Assembly (NCBI GenBank): GCA_021811735.1
Contig: JAJZNK010000025.1
Span: forward strand, 69,400-133,399
DNA: 64,000 nt
Origin: Nanobdellota archaeon
GTDB lineage: Archaea; Nanobdellota; Nanobdellia; Parvarchaeales; Parvarchaeaceae
Direction of reading: 5' to 3'
In this document: positions 39,175-49,672 of the stretch, in pieces
Layout: every line of letters starts with the position of its first letter
Position numbering within the stretch: position 1 is the first letter of the stretch
The notes under the pieces: model-generated
The model's input: the letters and a program-made list of their open reading frames with translations, nothing else
The model's database searches: none
Told to the model about the DNA's origin: nothing
Made by a program: the position numbers and the translations under genes

Positions 39175-39904
39175 ATTTAAGGATGCGGAGACATTCAAGA
39201 AAATGATGGATTCTATCGGAAGTCTAATGTCTGATGTTTCTATTGATTTTAATGAGGAAGGATTTGCGATAAAGGCGATGGATCCTGCCAATATTGCGAT
39301 GGTCTTATTTGAGGCTAAAAAGTCAATATTCTCCAGTTTCAACGTTGACAAACCGGTAAAAATTTCCGTGTCACTAGACGATCTTGGAGGGATATTAAAG
39401 CTTGTAAAAAAAGATGACAAGCTTAAGATTTCCGATTCGAAGAATAAGCTTGTCCTTGATATAGCTGGGAAGAATAAACAGCACTTTGCAATCCCTCTTA
39501 TAGATGAGAATTACACGGCACAAAAGATTCCACAGTTGAAGTTTACCTCAGAAGTGACGGTTTTAAGCTCATTGATAAGAGATTCAATAAAGGCGGCGGT
39601 CTTAGTGGACGATTCTGTTTATTTCATGGTTGATAGACCAAGATTCATAATAAGTTCGAAGAGTGAGGAAAAAGAGTTTTCACAGGAACTTTCTATAAAT
39701 GATAACAGAGAAATCTTTGATATGAAGGCAGAATCAACCACGAGATCGAAGTATTCCATAGAATACCTCACAAAATTTCTTTATACTGCGGATCCTGATA
39801 AACCTATTAAGCTCTCATTTTCAAACAATTACCCGCTCAAATTGGATTATGAGATAAACTCAGATGCTTCTATGTCATTTATACTTGCAAATAGGCTTGA
39901 GTAA
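39164..39904 (+). CDS. pcn: DNA sliding clamp PCNA
   Basis: AMDPANIAMV, SKYSIEYL, YPLKLDY, FILA. Confidence 0.95.
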   Translation: MEAEFKDAETFKKMMDSIGSLMSDVSIDFNEEGFAIKAMDPANIAMVLFEAKKSIFSSFNVDKPVKISVSLDDLGGILKLVKKDDKLKISDSKNKLVLDIAGKNKQHFAIPLIDENYTAQKIPQLKFTSEVTVLSSLIRDSIKAAVLVDDSVYFMVDRPRFIISSKSEEKEFSQELSINDNREIFDMKAESTTRSKYSIEYLTKFLYTADPDKPIKLSFSNNYPLKLDYEINSDASMSFILANRLE

Positions 39905-40342
39905 TCAAAACGTGAACAGTTCGCTTTCGTAAATTTCTATATCTCTTAGCAGCGTTGGGAGGGAGTTGTAATCGACCGAAAATATCTTTCCATTACCCTC
40001 GTTGTGTAGGGCCAATGAATTTGTTCGGTGTTTAGTGACCAGCAATATTATATTTTTGATATCTTTTGTTTGTTTCTCATCGATAAAGTTTTCTGCCCGT
40101 TTTAGTTGCATTTTCGCGAAGTTGTATTCCTTTTCTGGAGGTATATATGCATGATTCTTACAATCTACAAAGAACCTTCTCTTGTCATTTTTTGCTATGA
40201 AATCTATTTGGAATCGTCTCGTAGTTTTAAATCTGACGTCTCTATAAACAGTGTAGTCAAATCCTTCGAAAACGTCCGCAGTATCATTTTCAAACTTTTT
40301 CCATTCATTTTTACCCTTTTCAAATTTTACATCAAAATACAT
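39905..40342 (-). CDS. PD-(D/E)xK nuclease (Mrr/restriction-endonuclease-like)
   Basis: WKKFE, QID, DCK, Q motif order. Confidence 0.7.
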   Translation of the reverse strand: MYFDVKFEKGKNEWKKFENDTADVFEGFDYTVYRDVRFKTTRRFQIDFIAKNDKRRFFVDCKNHAYIPPEKEYNFAKMQLKRAENFIDEKQTKDIKNIILLVTKHRTNSLALHNEGNGKIFSVDYNSLPTLLRDIEIYESELFTF

Positions 40343-40379
40343 AAAATATATAAAAGAGGTGTATTAATAAGTTGTATTA

Positions 40380-40450
40380 GCATCGGTAGTCCAGTGGTAA
40401 GACACTACCCTGCCACGGTGGAGACCCGGGTTCGAATCCCGGCCGATGCA
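40380..40450 (+). tRNA. tRNA-Gly(GCC)
   Basis: GCATCGG/CCGATGC acceptor, CT GCC AC loop, TTCGAAT. Confidence 0.95.
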
Positions 40451-40768
40451 TTACTTGGTTTTTTTCGATATCTTCTTCAAATAGATCCAGCTTTCTAGGT
40501 TGTTTAGTGGTCGGAGTATGGATCCTCCACCCATTAGAGAGAGAATTAGCAATGTCAAGCAGACAGCGGACAATGCGTATGTGAATGGGTAGAACATACC
40601 AGAGTACCCTAAGAATGAAGATACAGTCGCAGTCATTATAAACCCTACTTCTTTTCTATAGAAATACGTTATTCCTACTCCTATCGCTATCATCGCGAAG
40701 AAAAGATATGCTATGTAAGGATCTGTATTCAGCAACGAAGTAATTATTATAAACATTATATTTGTCAT
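40451..40768 (-). CDS. Small membrane protein
   Basis: 105 aa, about 3 hydrophobic helices, coupled to pth2. Confidence 0.65.
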   Translation of the reverse strand: MTNIMFIIITSLLNTDPYIAYLFFAMIAIGVGITYFYRKEVGFIMTATVSSFLGYSGMFYPFTYALSAVCLTLLILSLMGGGSILRPLNNLESWIYLKKISKKTK

Positions 40769-41133
40769 AAAAGCTTGAGTTTTGCAGTAATCCGGTTTAT
40801 TTCATCAGAGGCGTATGGTCCTATCCCTATAGCAGTCTCACTACCTGCCGGTACCTGTGTCTGCCCTGCATCTCTCACGATTTGATAAGGTATCTTGCTT
40901 TTTTTCAGTTTCAGTTTGATATCCTCAAATTCTTCAGGTCTGCTTATTTTCAGGACAATCTTTGTCTCACCTTCAGAAAGCCATTTTTCTGCGATATCTG
41001 GATATCTCTTTTCCACAGTCATGAAGCTCATTAGGCTAGCGTGGGATCCCTGTGCAACCATCTTGCCTGTTCCCATTCCCAAGTCTTTTCTTATTATTAT
41101 TATCTGTTTTATTTCTTTTCTTGATTTTTCCAT
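40765..41133 (-). CDS. pth2: Peptidyl-tRNA hydrolase Pth2
   Basis: KQ..RKDLGMGxGKxxAQxxHA, DAGQTQ, GIGP. Confidence 0.95.
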   Translation of the reverse strand: MEKSRKEIKQIIIIRKDLGMGTGKMVAQGSHASLMSFMTVEKRYPDIAEKWLSEGETKIVLKISRPEEFEDIKLKLKKSKIPYQIVRDAGQTQVPAGSETAIGIGPYASDEINRITAKLKLL

Positions 41134-41250
41134 ATATTAACGGCCTCTTATCAATATTATATGAGCCCATATTAAATATGTTTTAAATGATAATCCTCAT
41201 AAATCTGTCGATAGAAACGTATAAATATGAATCTGGCAATTAACTTACAA

Positions 41251-41433
41251 ATGGCAGAAGCTGTGGTTGAGGAGAAAAATTTCTGTTCTTCATGCGATAG
41301 AGATATAGCGATAATTACAGACTCAGTGCTTTTCAACTGTCCAAATTGCGGATCTAAGATTTCAAGATGCGGTAATTGCAGAGGTAGAGGAGTGACTTAT
41401 ACTTGCAGAGTATGCGGTTTTGTGGGGCCTTAG
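41251..41433 (+). CDS. Zn-ribbon protein (DUF1610-like)
   Basis: Four CxxC pairs ending CGFVGP; typical position upstream of EF-1beta. Confidence 0.88.
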   Translation: MAEAVVEEKNFCSSCDRDIAIITDSVLFNCPNCGSKISRCGNCRGRGVTYTCRVCGFVGP

Positions 41434-41434
41434 T

Positions 41435-41704
41435 ATGGGAAAAGTCGTAATAAAAATAAAGGCGCTTCCAAAAGATACAGCTGTAGATATAGATAGACTT
41501 GTATCAGACATTAAGCAATTCCTTTCAAAATACGGTTCGGTATACAAATCAGATGTTCAGCCACTCGCCTTTGGGTTGACAGTGATAATGATAACTTTGG
41601 TAGCCGATGAAGATGAAGGAACCTCAAAACTTGAAGATGCATTTCCATCTTTTAAAGATGCAAGTCTTAACATCTCTGAAGTTAGCAGGGCGCCGGATTT
41701 TTAA
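41435..41704 (+). CDS. ef1b: Elongation factor 1-beta
   Basis: MGKV..KALP, PLAFGL. Confidence 0.9.
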   Translation: MGKVVIKIKALPKDTAVDIDRLVSDIKQFLSKYGSVYKSDVQPLAFGLTVIMITLVADEDEGTSKLEDAFPSFKDASLNISEVSRAPDF

Positions 41705-42763
41705 TCAGTTTACATTCTTTACTTCTTCAAGAAAAAGTTTTTTGAATTTTCCCATATCTTTATAAGCTATAGATCCACCAGAGGCTTTGTCATGTCCGCC
41801 GCCTTCTCCATTCATCTTGCTGAATATACTCTGGAGTATTACCTGAAGGTGTATATCGACGCCGTTTGCCCTCAAGTTGAGACGCATAGTCCTACCATTT
41901 ATTTTTGTCATAAAAACCAAGATGTTGCCATAATACATTTTGTCGAAACTAAGTTCAGTTACAAGTGTCGACGAATACCGCTTCTTTTTAGGGTCTAGTT
42001 CAAAAAAGTATACCTTCCCTATCTTTTCCGCACCGTTTTTAAAGTCATTTTTTAGCTTTTCAAGTTCTTCTCTTACTTTTTTGTCAGCATATATGAACCT
42101 CTGGTTGGTTAACACGTCATTCAAGGACTCTGCATTTATTAGTATACCAAGGGCTTCATCTGCGCCATCTCTGTTATATACAGATGTCATGGATCCAACC
42201 ATACCAGCGGCCTTTCCGAAATCGTTGTCGTACATATATTCATCTTCTCCCAGCTTTATCCCATATCTCTTTGCGGCTTTCGTCACGGCTTCGCCGTTTT
42301 CTTTTCCACCCGAATCCCCTACAAGCCCAATCGTTGACAGCCAATCAAGCTCTCCTATCTCCTTTTCAAAAATATTATACATTAATAATGAACAGGGAGT
42401 ATAGGTATTATCACCCCATACTTTTGGATTTGCATAGGCAAAACCTTCTGCGTTTATTATCTGGTGGTGGTCTATAATGCAAAGATTTTTCTTTTTAAAT
42501 AGGTCAAGCTGAGTTTCTCTTATTTGCATATCACATACTATAATATTTTTGCTATATTCCTGCATGTCAAGTTTTTCATAATCTTCATAGTTCGTCGGCC
42601 TGTAGTAATAAACTCCTTTTTTCATTGTTTTTAGGACGGCTGACAGTAGTGCAGCGCTTACTATTCCATCCGTGTCGAGGTGATAGAAGATAGTGAAATC
42701 ATTGTTTTCCGAAACAAAGTTCCTGACGCTAGCTATGCTCATTTCTTGTTTGTTCGAATCCAT
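41705..42763 (-). CDS. DHH/DHHA1 phosphoesterase (RecJ-like)
   Basis: HLDTDG, IDHH, GGGHDKASG. Confidence 0.9.
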   Translation of the reverse strand: MDSNKQEMSIASVRNFVSENNDFTIFYHLDTDGIVSAALLSAVLKTMKKGVYYYRPTNYEDYEKLDMQEYSKNIIVCDMQIRETQLDLFKKKNLCIIDHHQIINAEGFAYANPKVWGDNTYTPCSLLMYNIFEKEIGELDWLSTIGLVGDSGGKENGEAVTKAAKRYGIKLGEDEYMYDNDFGKAAGMVGSMTSVYNRDGADEALGILINAESLNDVLTNQRFIYADKKVREELEKLKNDFKNGAEKIGKVYFFELDPKKKRYSSTLVTELSFDKMYYGNILVFMTKINGRTMRLNLRANGVDIHLQVILQSIFSKMNGEGGGHDKASGGSIAYKDMGKFKKLFLEEVKNVN

Positions 42764-42798
42764 TCAACATCTTATATGTCTATCCAATAAAAAGGCTC

Positions 42799-44970
42799 TC
42801 AATCATGGCCTAATTTCTTAATGATGCCATCAATGGCTTTGTAATATCTTGATCCACCGGAAGAATCTATTTCTGATTGCATAGACTGAGCAGGTATCAT
42901 TTTATACTTCATGTAAGACGTACCAATTTCTGGGTCCACAGGTACATAAAGCGAGCTTATACCTTTTGTAAACGCTGGTTTATGCAATATATGCAGTTCA
43001 AATTGTGTATGTCTTTGCAGTGCCGGAAGGGTGATTGCAGCTCTCGTTCCCCATTCATCGTCGCGCCTATTAGCTGCGAATTTTATACCGGCCTCATGGC
43101 AGTCACCTGCTATTGCGATATCGACTAAATCATAACCCATACTACTGAGTTCTTTTAGAAGAGCGCTTCTTGCGTCAAAACCTCCCCTATATCCTGCACT
43201 GTGTACTAGATACAGTCCATAATTATCAAGGTAGGGAATTTCGTTCCTCATAAGCATAGGATCCACATTTACTACATTGGGAGTATTCCAGCTCTGGAAT
43301 TTGGATGAAACCAAATAGCCTTCACTTCCGTTCCCAGTAGCTTTCTCAGCATGGTTTCCTCCGACAGAGTATACTCCAGAAACCAGTGGTGCAATCGGCT
43401 TTAAATAAGTATCAAGTCTTGATTCCTGTCTGAAAATATCAGAATCGGATCCTTTATATAAAAGGTCACCAATAATACGATAAAATTCTTCTTTTAGATT
43501 GTTCTTCGCATTTGATTGATATTGTGAATCAGCTTTTAAAATGTCTTCTAGCTTTTCTATCAACTTTTCAGGGGCATCATATCTGGTCAGTGACATCTTA
43601 GTACGCTGGAGCTTATCGTTGCCCCCATCAATCATATCTCCATTAGAAGTCAATTTTTTTTGCTGAAAAGGAGTTTCGCTGCGTTTTATAATTTTAGGTA
43701 TAACTTCCATATGTTCATACATAGCGTCCGGACTTCCAACATGCCAGTCAGAAATACCAAATATCTCATACATAGATCCTTTGCTTATGTTTTTCTCAAG
43801 TTTGGCTATATCAGTGCCCTTTTTTAGGGCAGTATAATCTACGTGTTCTATTTCAGCACTTCCATCCTCATTTATAGAAAAGAACGACACGGAACTGTCC
43901 TCCTGTTTATTCATCCTTTTTGAAACGCTGGTCTTGTTAAAGCTGCTTCTAAGTCTAAGTTGTTTATCCATATCCAGAAGTGGTCCTTGATTCATTATCC
44001 ATACCGGGTCTTTCCTGCCTTGTTTATCAATAGCCGTAAATTCCGTTGTCGATCCACGTCCTGTTATGTATATATCTCCAAGTCGTTGATCAGTATTTAC
44101 ATAGTCTATTATTAGGTTCAGGTTTCGATCGCTTGGCATCCCCTCATTGAAGCCCACAGTAAGTCCGTTGATAGCGTGGAAAACCTTAAGTTTGAATCCA
44201 TTTATGGTTATATCCTCAGTCTTATCATTATTGTCATTACCAACATAGTTTTCGAATCTTTTGTATATTTTAACATTCGTGGATGCTGATCCAGGTTTGT
44301 CTTTGAATATCGTTTCTATGGTATGGTTGTAAATCTCTATTGCTTTATCCTTTATCCCTTGTTTATCTGCACTCTTCCATTTTGACGCCTTGAAAGCATA
44401 GCCATCTGGAATCACCGATAGAATCTTTTCAACCTCATCATCTGGTACATTGTTTTTCTTCCTTTTCTGGTTCTCATATTTCAGATTCGTTTTGTTTAGT
44501 TTCTCTAATACTTCTATTATCATCTTAACGTTCTTGTAATCAGTGTCGCCGTATACATAATAAATTGGTATATTTTTTTTCTTGGCTTGTAGGTAAATGT
44601 TTCGCATTTGTACCTTGGCAAGTCTCGCTGCTTCCACGATGTCATCTACAGAGTCACTTTCGTTTCTTCTCTTGTTAACTTCATCATATACCTCCTTTCC
44701 ATATCTCTCAAGAAGCCGATCTTCCATCAGATCAAGCCTCTCACCGCGCCATCTGCTATATCTATCAGGCACATATGCAAGACCACCGTTTATTATTATA
44801 GCATCTATCTTTTTCTCATCGTTTTTTATCAGGTTTCCAACGTTGTTTAGGACTTCAGGATCGCTCACTTTCGTTGCCAATTCAAGTTCAGACATTAGAA
44901 GAATTCTTAATTTTTGTCCATTGACCATTTTTTGTTCAGACTGCAGAACACTCTCAAGTTTACTTACCAT
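42799..44970 (-). CDS. Large protein with tandem calcineurin-like metallophosphoesterase domains
   Basis: C-terminal SDWHVG/GDMIDG/GNH/VH/GDCH; N-terminal degenerate copy. Confidence 0.7.
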   Translation of the reverse strand: MVSKLESVLQSEQKMVNGQKLRILLMSELELATKVSDPEVLNNVGNLIKNDEKKIDAIIINGGLAYVPDRYSRWRGERLDLMEDRLLERYGKEVYDEVNKRRNESDSVDDIVEAARLAKVQMRNIYLQAKKKNIPIYYVYGDTDYKNVKMIIEVLEKLNKTNLKYENQKRKKNNVPDDEVEKILSVIPDGYAFKASKWKSADKQGIKDKAIEIYNHTIETIFKDKPGSASTNVKIYKRFENYVGNDNNDKTEDITINGFKLKVFHAINGLTVGFNEGMPSDRNLNLIIDYVNTDQRLGDIYITGRGSTTEFTAIDKQGRKDPVWIMNQGPLLDMDKQLRLRSSFNKTSVSKRMNKQEDSSVSFFSINEDGSAEIEHVDYTALKKGTDIAKLEKNISKGSMYEIFGISDWHVGSPDAMYEHMEVIPKIIKRSETPFQQKKLTSNGDMIDGGNDKLQRTKMSLTRYDAPEKLIEKLEDILKADSQYQSNAKNNLKEEFYRIIGDLLYKGSDSDIFRQESRLDTYLKPIAPLVSGVYSVGGNHAEKATGNGSEGYLVSSKFQSWNTPNVVNVDPMLMRNEIPYLDNYGLYLVHSAGYRGGFDARSALLKELSSMGYDLVDIAIAGDCHEAGIKFAANRRDDEWGTRAAITLPALQRHTQFELHILHKPAFTKGISSLYVPVDPEIGTSYMKYKMIPAQSMQSEIDSSGGSRYYKAIDGIIKKLGHD

Positions 44971-45064
44971 TATCCCCCCCTTAATTATGGTTATGAAACC
45001 TTAATCACATCTATTATTACCCATTTTTACTTTTAAAATAAAACAAAGTATTACTATAGTATTA

Positions 45065-46357
45065 CTATATTTCACTGAAACCAGTGTATTTTCTAAGAAC
45101 CTCTGGTATTATTATTGTCCCGTCAGCTTGCTGGTAAGTATCCATTATCGCGATTATCGTTCTCTGTATCGGCAGTCCAGTCCCATCTAGTGCATTGACA
45201 TAATGTTTATTGCCTTCCTTATCGATATACTTTATATTCAGTCTTCTTGAGATCCAGTCTGTCGTGTTATCAAATGAACCCACCTCTCTGTATTTTTCTT
45301 GTGAATACAAGTAAGCTTCTATATCATACTGCTTTATGTCTCTTACCCCCATATCTCCTGTGGAGCAGTTGACTACTCTATAAGGTATACCAAGTTCCTG
45401 CCATATCTCCTCCATGTTTGCAAGAATCTCTTCGTGGAATTTTTTCGAGTCTTCTGGTTTGCATAGGACTATTTGCTCAGTCTGATTAAACTGATGTAAT
45501 CGGAATATCCCTTTTGTATCTTTTCCATGGGCTCCTGCTTCTTTTCTAAATGCAGGACTTGCTCCTACAAGCTTTATAGGAAGCTCACTTTCATTAAGAA
45601 GGCTATTTGTATATTGTGCTATTAAGGGGTGTTCTGTTGTAGATATAAGAAATCTTTCCTCTTCTCCTTCTTCCTCTACTCCTGTTACTTTATAGAGTGC
45701 ATCCTCGAACGTAGCCATATGGGCTATTCCGCCATAGATATCTCTTTTTATCATAAATGGTGGCATTACTGGAGTGAAACCCTTCGATGCAATTTTTTCT
45801 ATAGAATAGATCTCAAGTGCTAGTTCAAGCTGCACGAGCTTTCCTTTTAGGTAGGAAAAACGGCTTCCAGCGACCTTTGCCGCGCTTTCCATATCTATTA
45901 TTTTTTTCTCTTGCCCTAAGTCTATGTGGTTTTTAGTCTCAAAATTCCTTTTTTCTATACTTCCGTGTTTCCTTATCTCGACATTATCGTTGTCGTCCTT
46001 TCCTTCAGGTGCATCTTGGCTTACTATATTTGGTAGCCATAAGAATAGTTCGTTTGCTTCCTTCTCATATTTTTCTATATTGTCCTCTATGATCTTAATC
46101 TGTTCCATAATATCTCTTACTTTCCTTCTCTGCTCTTCCTTGCTATCCAGTTCGTCTTTATTCTTGGAAAAGTCCTTACTTATCACGTTTCTCTCATGTC
46201 TAAGTGCATCCGATTTTGACCGGTCTTTTTTGATCATCTCATTAAGTTCTATAAGTCTTTTTACAACGTTATCCACTGGTTGTTTAAGATACCTTTTTTT
46301 AATCGACAGCTCTAGGGCTTCCTTATTTTCATTCACATAGTCTAGATTGTATTTCAT
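45065..46357 (-). CDS. serS: Seryl-tRNA synthetase
   Basis: N-terminal coiled coil, LPN, TTEHP, FRKEAG, GIFRLHQF. Confidence 0.95.
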   Translation of the reverse strand: MKYNLDYVNENKEALELSIKKRYLKQPVDNVVKRLIELNEMIKKDRSKSDALRHERNVISKDFSKNKDELDSKEEQRRKVRDIMEQIKIIEDNIEKYEKEANELFLWLPNIVSQDAPEGKDDNDNVEIRKHGSIEKRNFETKNHIDLGQEKKIIDMESAAKVAGSRFSYLKGKLVQLELALEIYSIEKIASKGFTPVMPPFMIKRDIYGGIAHMATFEDALYKVTGVEEEGEEERFLISTTEHPLIAQYTNSLLNESELPIKLVGASPAFRKEAGAHGKDTKGIFRLHQFNQTEQIVLCKPEDSKKFHEEILANMEEIWQELGIPYRVVNCSTGDMGVRDIKQYDIEAYLYSQEKYREVGSFDNTTDWISRRLNIKYIDKEGNKHYVNALDGTGLPIQRTIIAIMDTYQQADGTIIIPEVLRKYTGFSEI

Positions 46358-46437
46358 ACATAATCTACCAAGCAAACGAATAAAAAGCTTTTTTATAGAG
46401 TGAGTTTTTAATATTTATAATATAAATTTAGAAAAGA

Positions 46438-46510
46438 GGGCCCGTGGTCTAGTGGTTATGACGTCTGCTTGACGTGCAGAAGGTCAAGGGTTCGAACCCC
46501 TTCGGGCCCA
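46438..46510 (+). tRNA. tRNA-Val(GAC)
   Basis: GGGCCCG/CGGGCCC acceptor; TCTGC-TT GAC GT-GCAGA. Confidence 0.95.
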
Positions 46511-46600
46511 ATTTATTGGTATTATATAAACATAGTGGGTTATCATAAATTCAGCACAATAACGTTCCGTTTAACTCTAGATTTTTGCGTCCGCTGAGAT

Positions 46601-47101
46601 TTATATCCTTTTTTTAAGTTCTTCACAGCTTTTGATCATGTTTTTATAGTTATAGCCAAATTCCGCGGCGAATGATTCGAGTTGAAAAGGGGAAAGAAGC
46701 TCATACTGGTTTTCAGCAAGACTTGAATAGATGCAGTTTATGCTGTAATCATTGCATAGTTTGCCGTTAATTAATAGGTTCTTGTAAATACTGAAGATAT
46801 TCTCTTTTTTAATGAGTGATGAAAAAGAGAAAACGACAAACATATTATTTTCCTTGAGTTTGCTGCACAATCCCTTATTTAATAAAAAGCCCTCGTTTTC
46901 CAGTCCGTATATGATGTCTGCCTTCCCTTTTCTTATGACAAAATCGTAATTCTTTCCGGAATAAGCCTTCAAGCCGGTTTCGCCACCAGAAAAAACATCG
47001 ATGACTACCTCATTCTTCAACGAAATAGCCGTTTCAAATCCCAATTCTCCGAGATTTTTTTTCATCTCGTCCGAGTATTCTTTTATAACATCCATCTTCA
47101 T
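46601..47101 (-). CDS. RNase P protein Rpp30-like (shortened)
   Basis: C-terminal SSLAxNxYELLSP..L...FG pattern typical of Rpp30. Confidence 0.6.
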   Translation of the reverse strand: MKMDVIKEYSDEMKKNLGELGFETAISLKNEVVIDVFSGGETGLKAYSGKNYDFVIRKGKADIIYGLENEGFLLNKGLCSKLKENNMFVVFSFSSLIKKENIFSIYKNLLINGKLCNDYSINCIYSSLAENQYELLSPFQLESFAAEFGYNYKNMIKSCEELKKRI

Positions 47102-47165
47102 AAATTATAGTTAATTCCGATGTAAATAAAACTTTATATATAAGGAAATAGAAAGCTATAAGAAT

Positions 47166-47354
47166 ATGGCAGAGAGATCTAATCCAGTAGCTGATAGAAG
47201 ATTGTTCTACAATGTTTACGTATGCAGAAACTGCAATGCAAAAATACGTGTTTCTAGTCAGAAGGTTCTTAGAAACAATAAGGTGAGATGCAGGAACTGC
47301 GGATCCTCAGCATTGAGGCCAAAGCACAAAGAGTTAAGAAAGTTAAAGGTGTAA
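47166..47354 (+). CDS. rpl40e: 50S ribosomal protein L40e
   Basis: VCRNCNAK...CRNCGSxxLRPK. Confidence 0.88.
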   Translation: MAERSNPVADRRLFYNVYVCRNCNAKIRVSSQKVLRNNKVRCRNCGSSALRPKHKELRKLKV

Positions 47355-47361
47355 ATATAAA

Positions 47362-48615
47362 ATGTCTGTTGTAAGCATGTTGTTAGCCAACGGTGATAAC
47401 CTATTATTAACGATAATAGTGCTCGTGTTTTTCGGGCTTTTCGTGGTCATTAAACGAAAAAGGTTTGACGTAGATGGCAAAGTGGTCTTTCTTTACAAAA
47501 CTAAGATAGGTTTGAAGTTGATGAAGAGACTGGCGAAATTCAAAAGACTTATCAATATATACTCTACGGCGGGTGTTTTCGTTTGTATTCTAGGGATAGG
47601 CTTTGCTCTGTACTTGTTTCTGCCTTATTTATATCTCATGATTACTCATCCGACGACTACCTTCCCAGCCGTGGCTCCACTATTTCCGATTTCAATATCC
47701 TTACATGGTATACCTATCTTAGTGGGAGTACCAATATTATACATACTTCTATCGATAATCGTTTTGGCTACATTACATGAGGCCTCTCATGGTGTAGTGG
47801 CCCTATCAAAAAACATAAAGGTCAAATCCACTGGGTTCGGCTTTCTTTTTGGAGTTCTTCCGCTTGCATTTGTAGAGCCAGACGAGAAACAGATACTCAA
47901 GGCGAAGAGGATAGATCGCTTAAGAATATTCTCCGCAGGGGCATTTACAAATGTGGTTCTCGGTTTTCTGTTTTTAGGAGCATATATCGCTCTTTCACAT
48001 TTTATAGTTTCATCTGGCATGGTATCTTATTCCCCATATTATCTGGATGTTTCTGCAGTTATCAACAACAGTCCTGCAAGCACCGTGGGATTGCCTGCCA
48101 ACTCCACGGTTTCAGAAATAAATGGCCACGAATTTTACAGTCAGTCACAGGCGCTGTCGTATCTGAACGTTAAACCTGGAGAGTATGTCAATTTCACCCT
48201 TGTCAACGGTTCCATCTATTCAATGAAAACAACATATAATTCTTCTATAAATAACACGAATCACAGTTACATAGGTGTAAGTGGATTTTTAGCGCTAGCA
48301 AGGCCACCATCTTTTTTGATAGAACCAGTATCAATCACAGCTTATCCAAACAGTTCATTTTCGTCACAGTCCATTTACTGGGTAGATGGGCTTTTCCTAT
48401 GGATGTGGATAATATCGTTTAGTCTTGCCATCGTCAATATACTACCACTTTCTTATTTAGTGGATGGGGGTAAAATCTTCTTTGACGCCATCGGGTACGT
48501 AGTAAAAAGTGAGAAAAAGGCCCTTATGATATTAAATACTGTGGCATTCCTGTTCATACTTCTACTAGTTCTTCTAAGTCCGATAGGCTCGGTAATATTT
48601 GCTTCATTGAAGTAG
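47362..48615 (+). CDS. Site-2 (M50) membrane metalloprotease with PDZ-like insert
   Basis: HEASH, AFVEPDE, AGAFTN, NILP..DGG. Confidence 0.92.
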   Translation: MSVVSMLLANGDNLLLTIIVLVFFGLFVVIKRKRFDVDGKVVFLYKTKIGLKLMKRLAKFKRLINIYSTAGVFVCILGIGFALYLFLPYLYLMITHPTTTFPAVAPLFPISISLHGIPILVGVPILYILLSIIVLATLHEASHGVVALSKNIKVKSTGFGFLFGVLPLAFVEPDEKQILKAKRIDRLRIFSAGAFTNVVLGFLFLGAYIALSHFIVSSGMVSYSPYYLDVSAVINNSPASTVGLPANSTVSEINGHEFYSQSQALSYLNVKPGEYVNFTLVNGSIYSMKTTYNSSINNTNHSYIGVSGFLALARPPSFLIEPVSITAYPNSSFSSQSIYWVDGLFLWMWIISFSLAIVNILPLSYLVDGGKIFFDAIGYVVKSEKKALMILNTVAFLFILLLVLLSPIGSVIFASLK

Positions 48616-48657
48616 AGGAGTGGAAAGGGTTAAATTCAATGTTTACTTAAGATAAAA

Positions 48658-49317
48658 ATGGCATCAAAGAAAACCCGGAAGATTATCAAAAAAAGTAAGA
48701 TTAGCAAGAAGAGCGTAAAAAAAAGCGTTAAGCCAAAGAATAAACACCAAAAGATAGTAAAAGTAAAAAAACTACAGGTGGATTCGAAAAAGCTATTGCG
48801 CCTTGATGAAGCAAGAAAATACGTGATAGATGTATCCGGGGAAAAAGGTTTAGAAGTATTTCAATTTCTGATATCGCGTGGCGAAATGGAAGAGAATCTC
48901 CTTGCTAGGAAATTAAAATTTGAAAAGGCGAATGCCATAAGAAAATTCCTTTATAGGTTGTATAATAAGAACTTGGTTTCTTATAGAAAGGTAAGGAAAA
49001 ATAACAAGGCATGGTATACTTATTTCTGGAGCGCAAATCCGGAAAAACTCGCCTTAATAATAAGTCAGATATACGAAGAGGAGATAAAACAGACAAAAAA
49101 GTCGATGGAACTGAATAAGGCTGAGGATTTCTATGTTTGTGATATATGTAATAGGAGATACGAAGTAAATGAGGCCCTGCAAAACGATTTTAGGTGCAAA
49201 AACGATGGCGGAATATTGAATCACGTCGAACCAGAAAAGATACTCGAAGATAAGCAGAGTAGAATAGACTTTTTGAACAAGAAACTTGAAAACGTAGCAA
49301 AGTTAATAAAAAAGTGA
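48658..49317 (+). CDS. tfe: Transcription factor E alpha
   Basis: wHTH IRKFLYRLY..WYTYFW plus Zn ribbon CDIC..FRCKNDG; basic N-terminal extension. Confidence 0.9.
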   Translation: MASKKTRKIIKKSKISKKSVKKSVKPKNKHQKIVKVKKLQVDSKKLLRLDEARKYVIDVSGEKGLEVFQFLISRGEMEENLLARKLKFEKANAIRKFLYRLYNKNLVSYRKVRKNNKAWYTYFWSANPEKLALIISQIYEEEIKQTKKSMELNKAEDFYVCDICNRRYEVNEALQNDFRCKNDGGILNHVEPEKILEDKQSRIDFLNKKLENVAKLIKK

Positions 49318-49608
49318 CTACTTAACTGTCTGAAGTCCGCAATTATAATTTAGGTTTATTTCATTTGCATTCGAACACGTTATAGCGGATTGAGAGGACA
49401 CGACAGCACATGAATACCCAAAACTTGCATTTTCATTTATGCAGGTGTTACTGGTAAAAGTGGAGTTCGTTATTATATGATGACAGTCAAGTTCGCAGAT
49501 CCCTATAGCAACCTGTCTATGGTTCTCATATGGGTTAGTGTAGAAAAGTGCCGCACCTATAATTAGTGCAACAATCACTAGCAAAACAGCGTAATAACTC
49601 TTATCCAT
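49318..49608 (-). CDS. Small Cys-rich secreted/membrane-anchored protein
   Basis: MDKSYY start, TM helix, six Cys. Confidence 0.65.
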   Translation of the reverse strand: MDKSYYAVLLVIVALIIGAALFYTNPYENHRQVAIGICELDCHHIITNSTFTSNTCINENASFGYSCAVVSSQSAITCSNANEINLNYNCGLQTVK

Positions 49609-49672
49609 ACGATAAATATACTGTCGATGTTTATATAAAAAGTGTTTAAAACTATGAGTTACATTAATCTTT

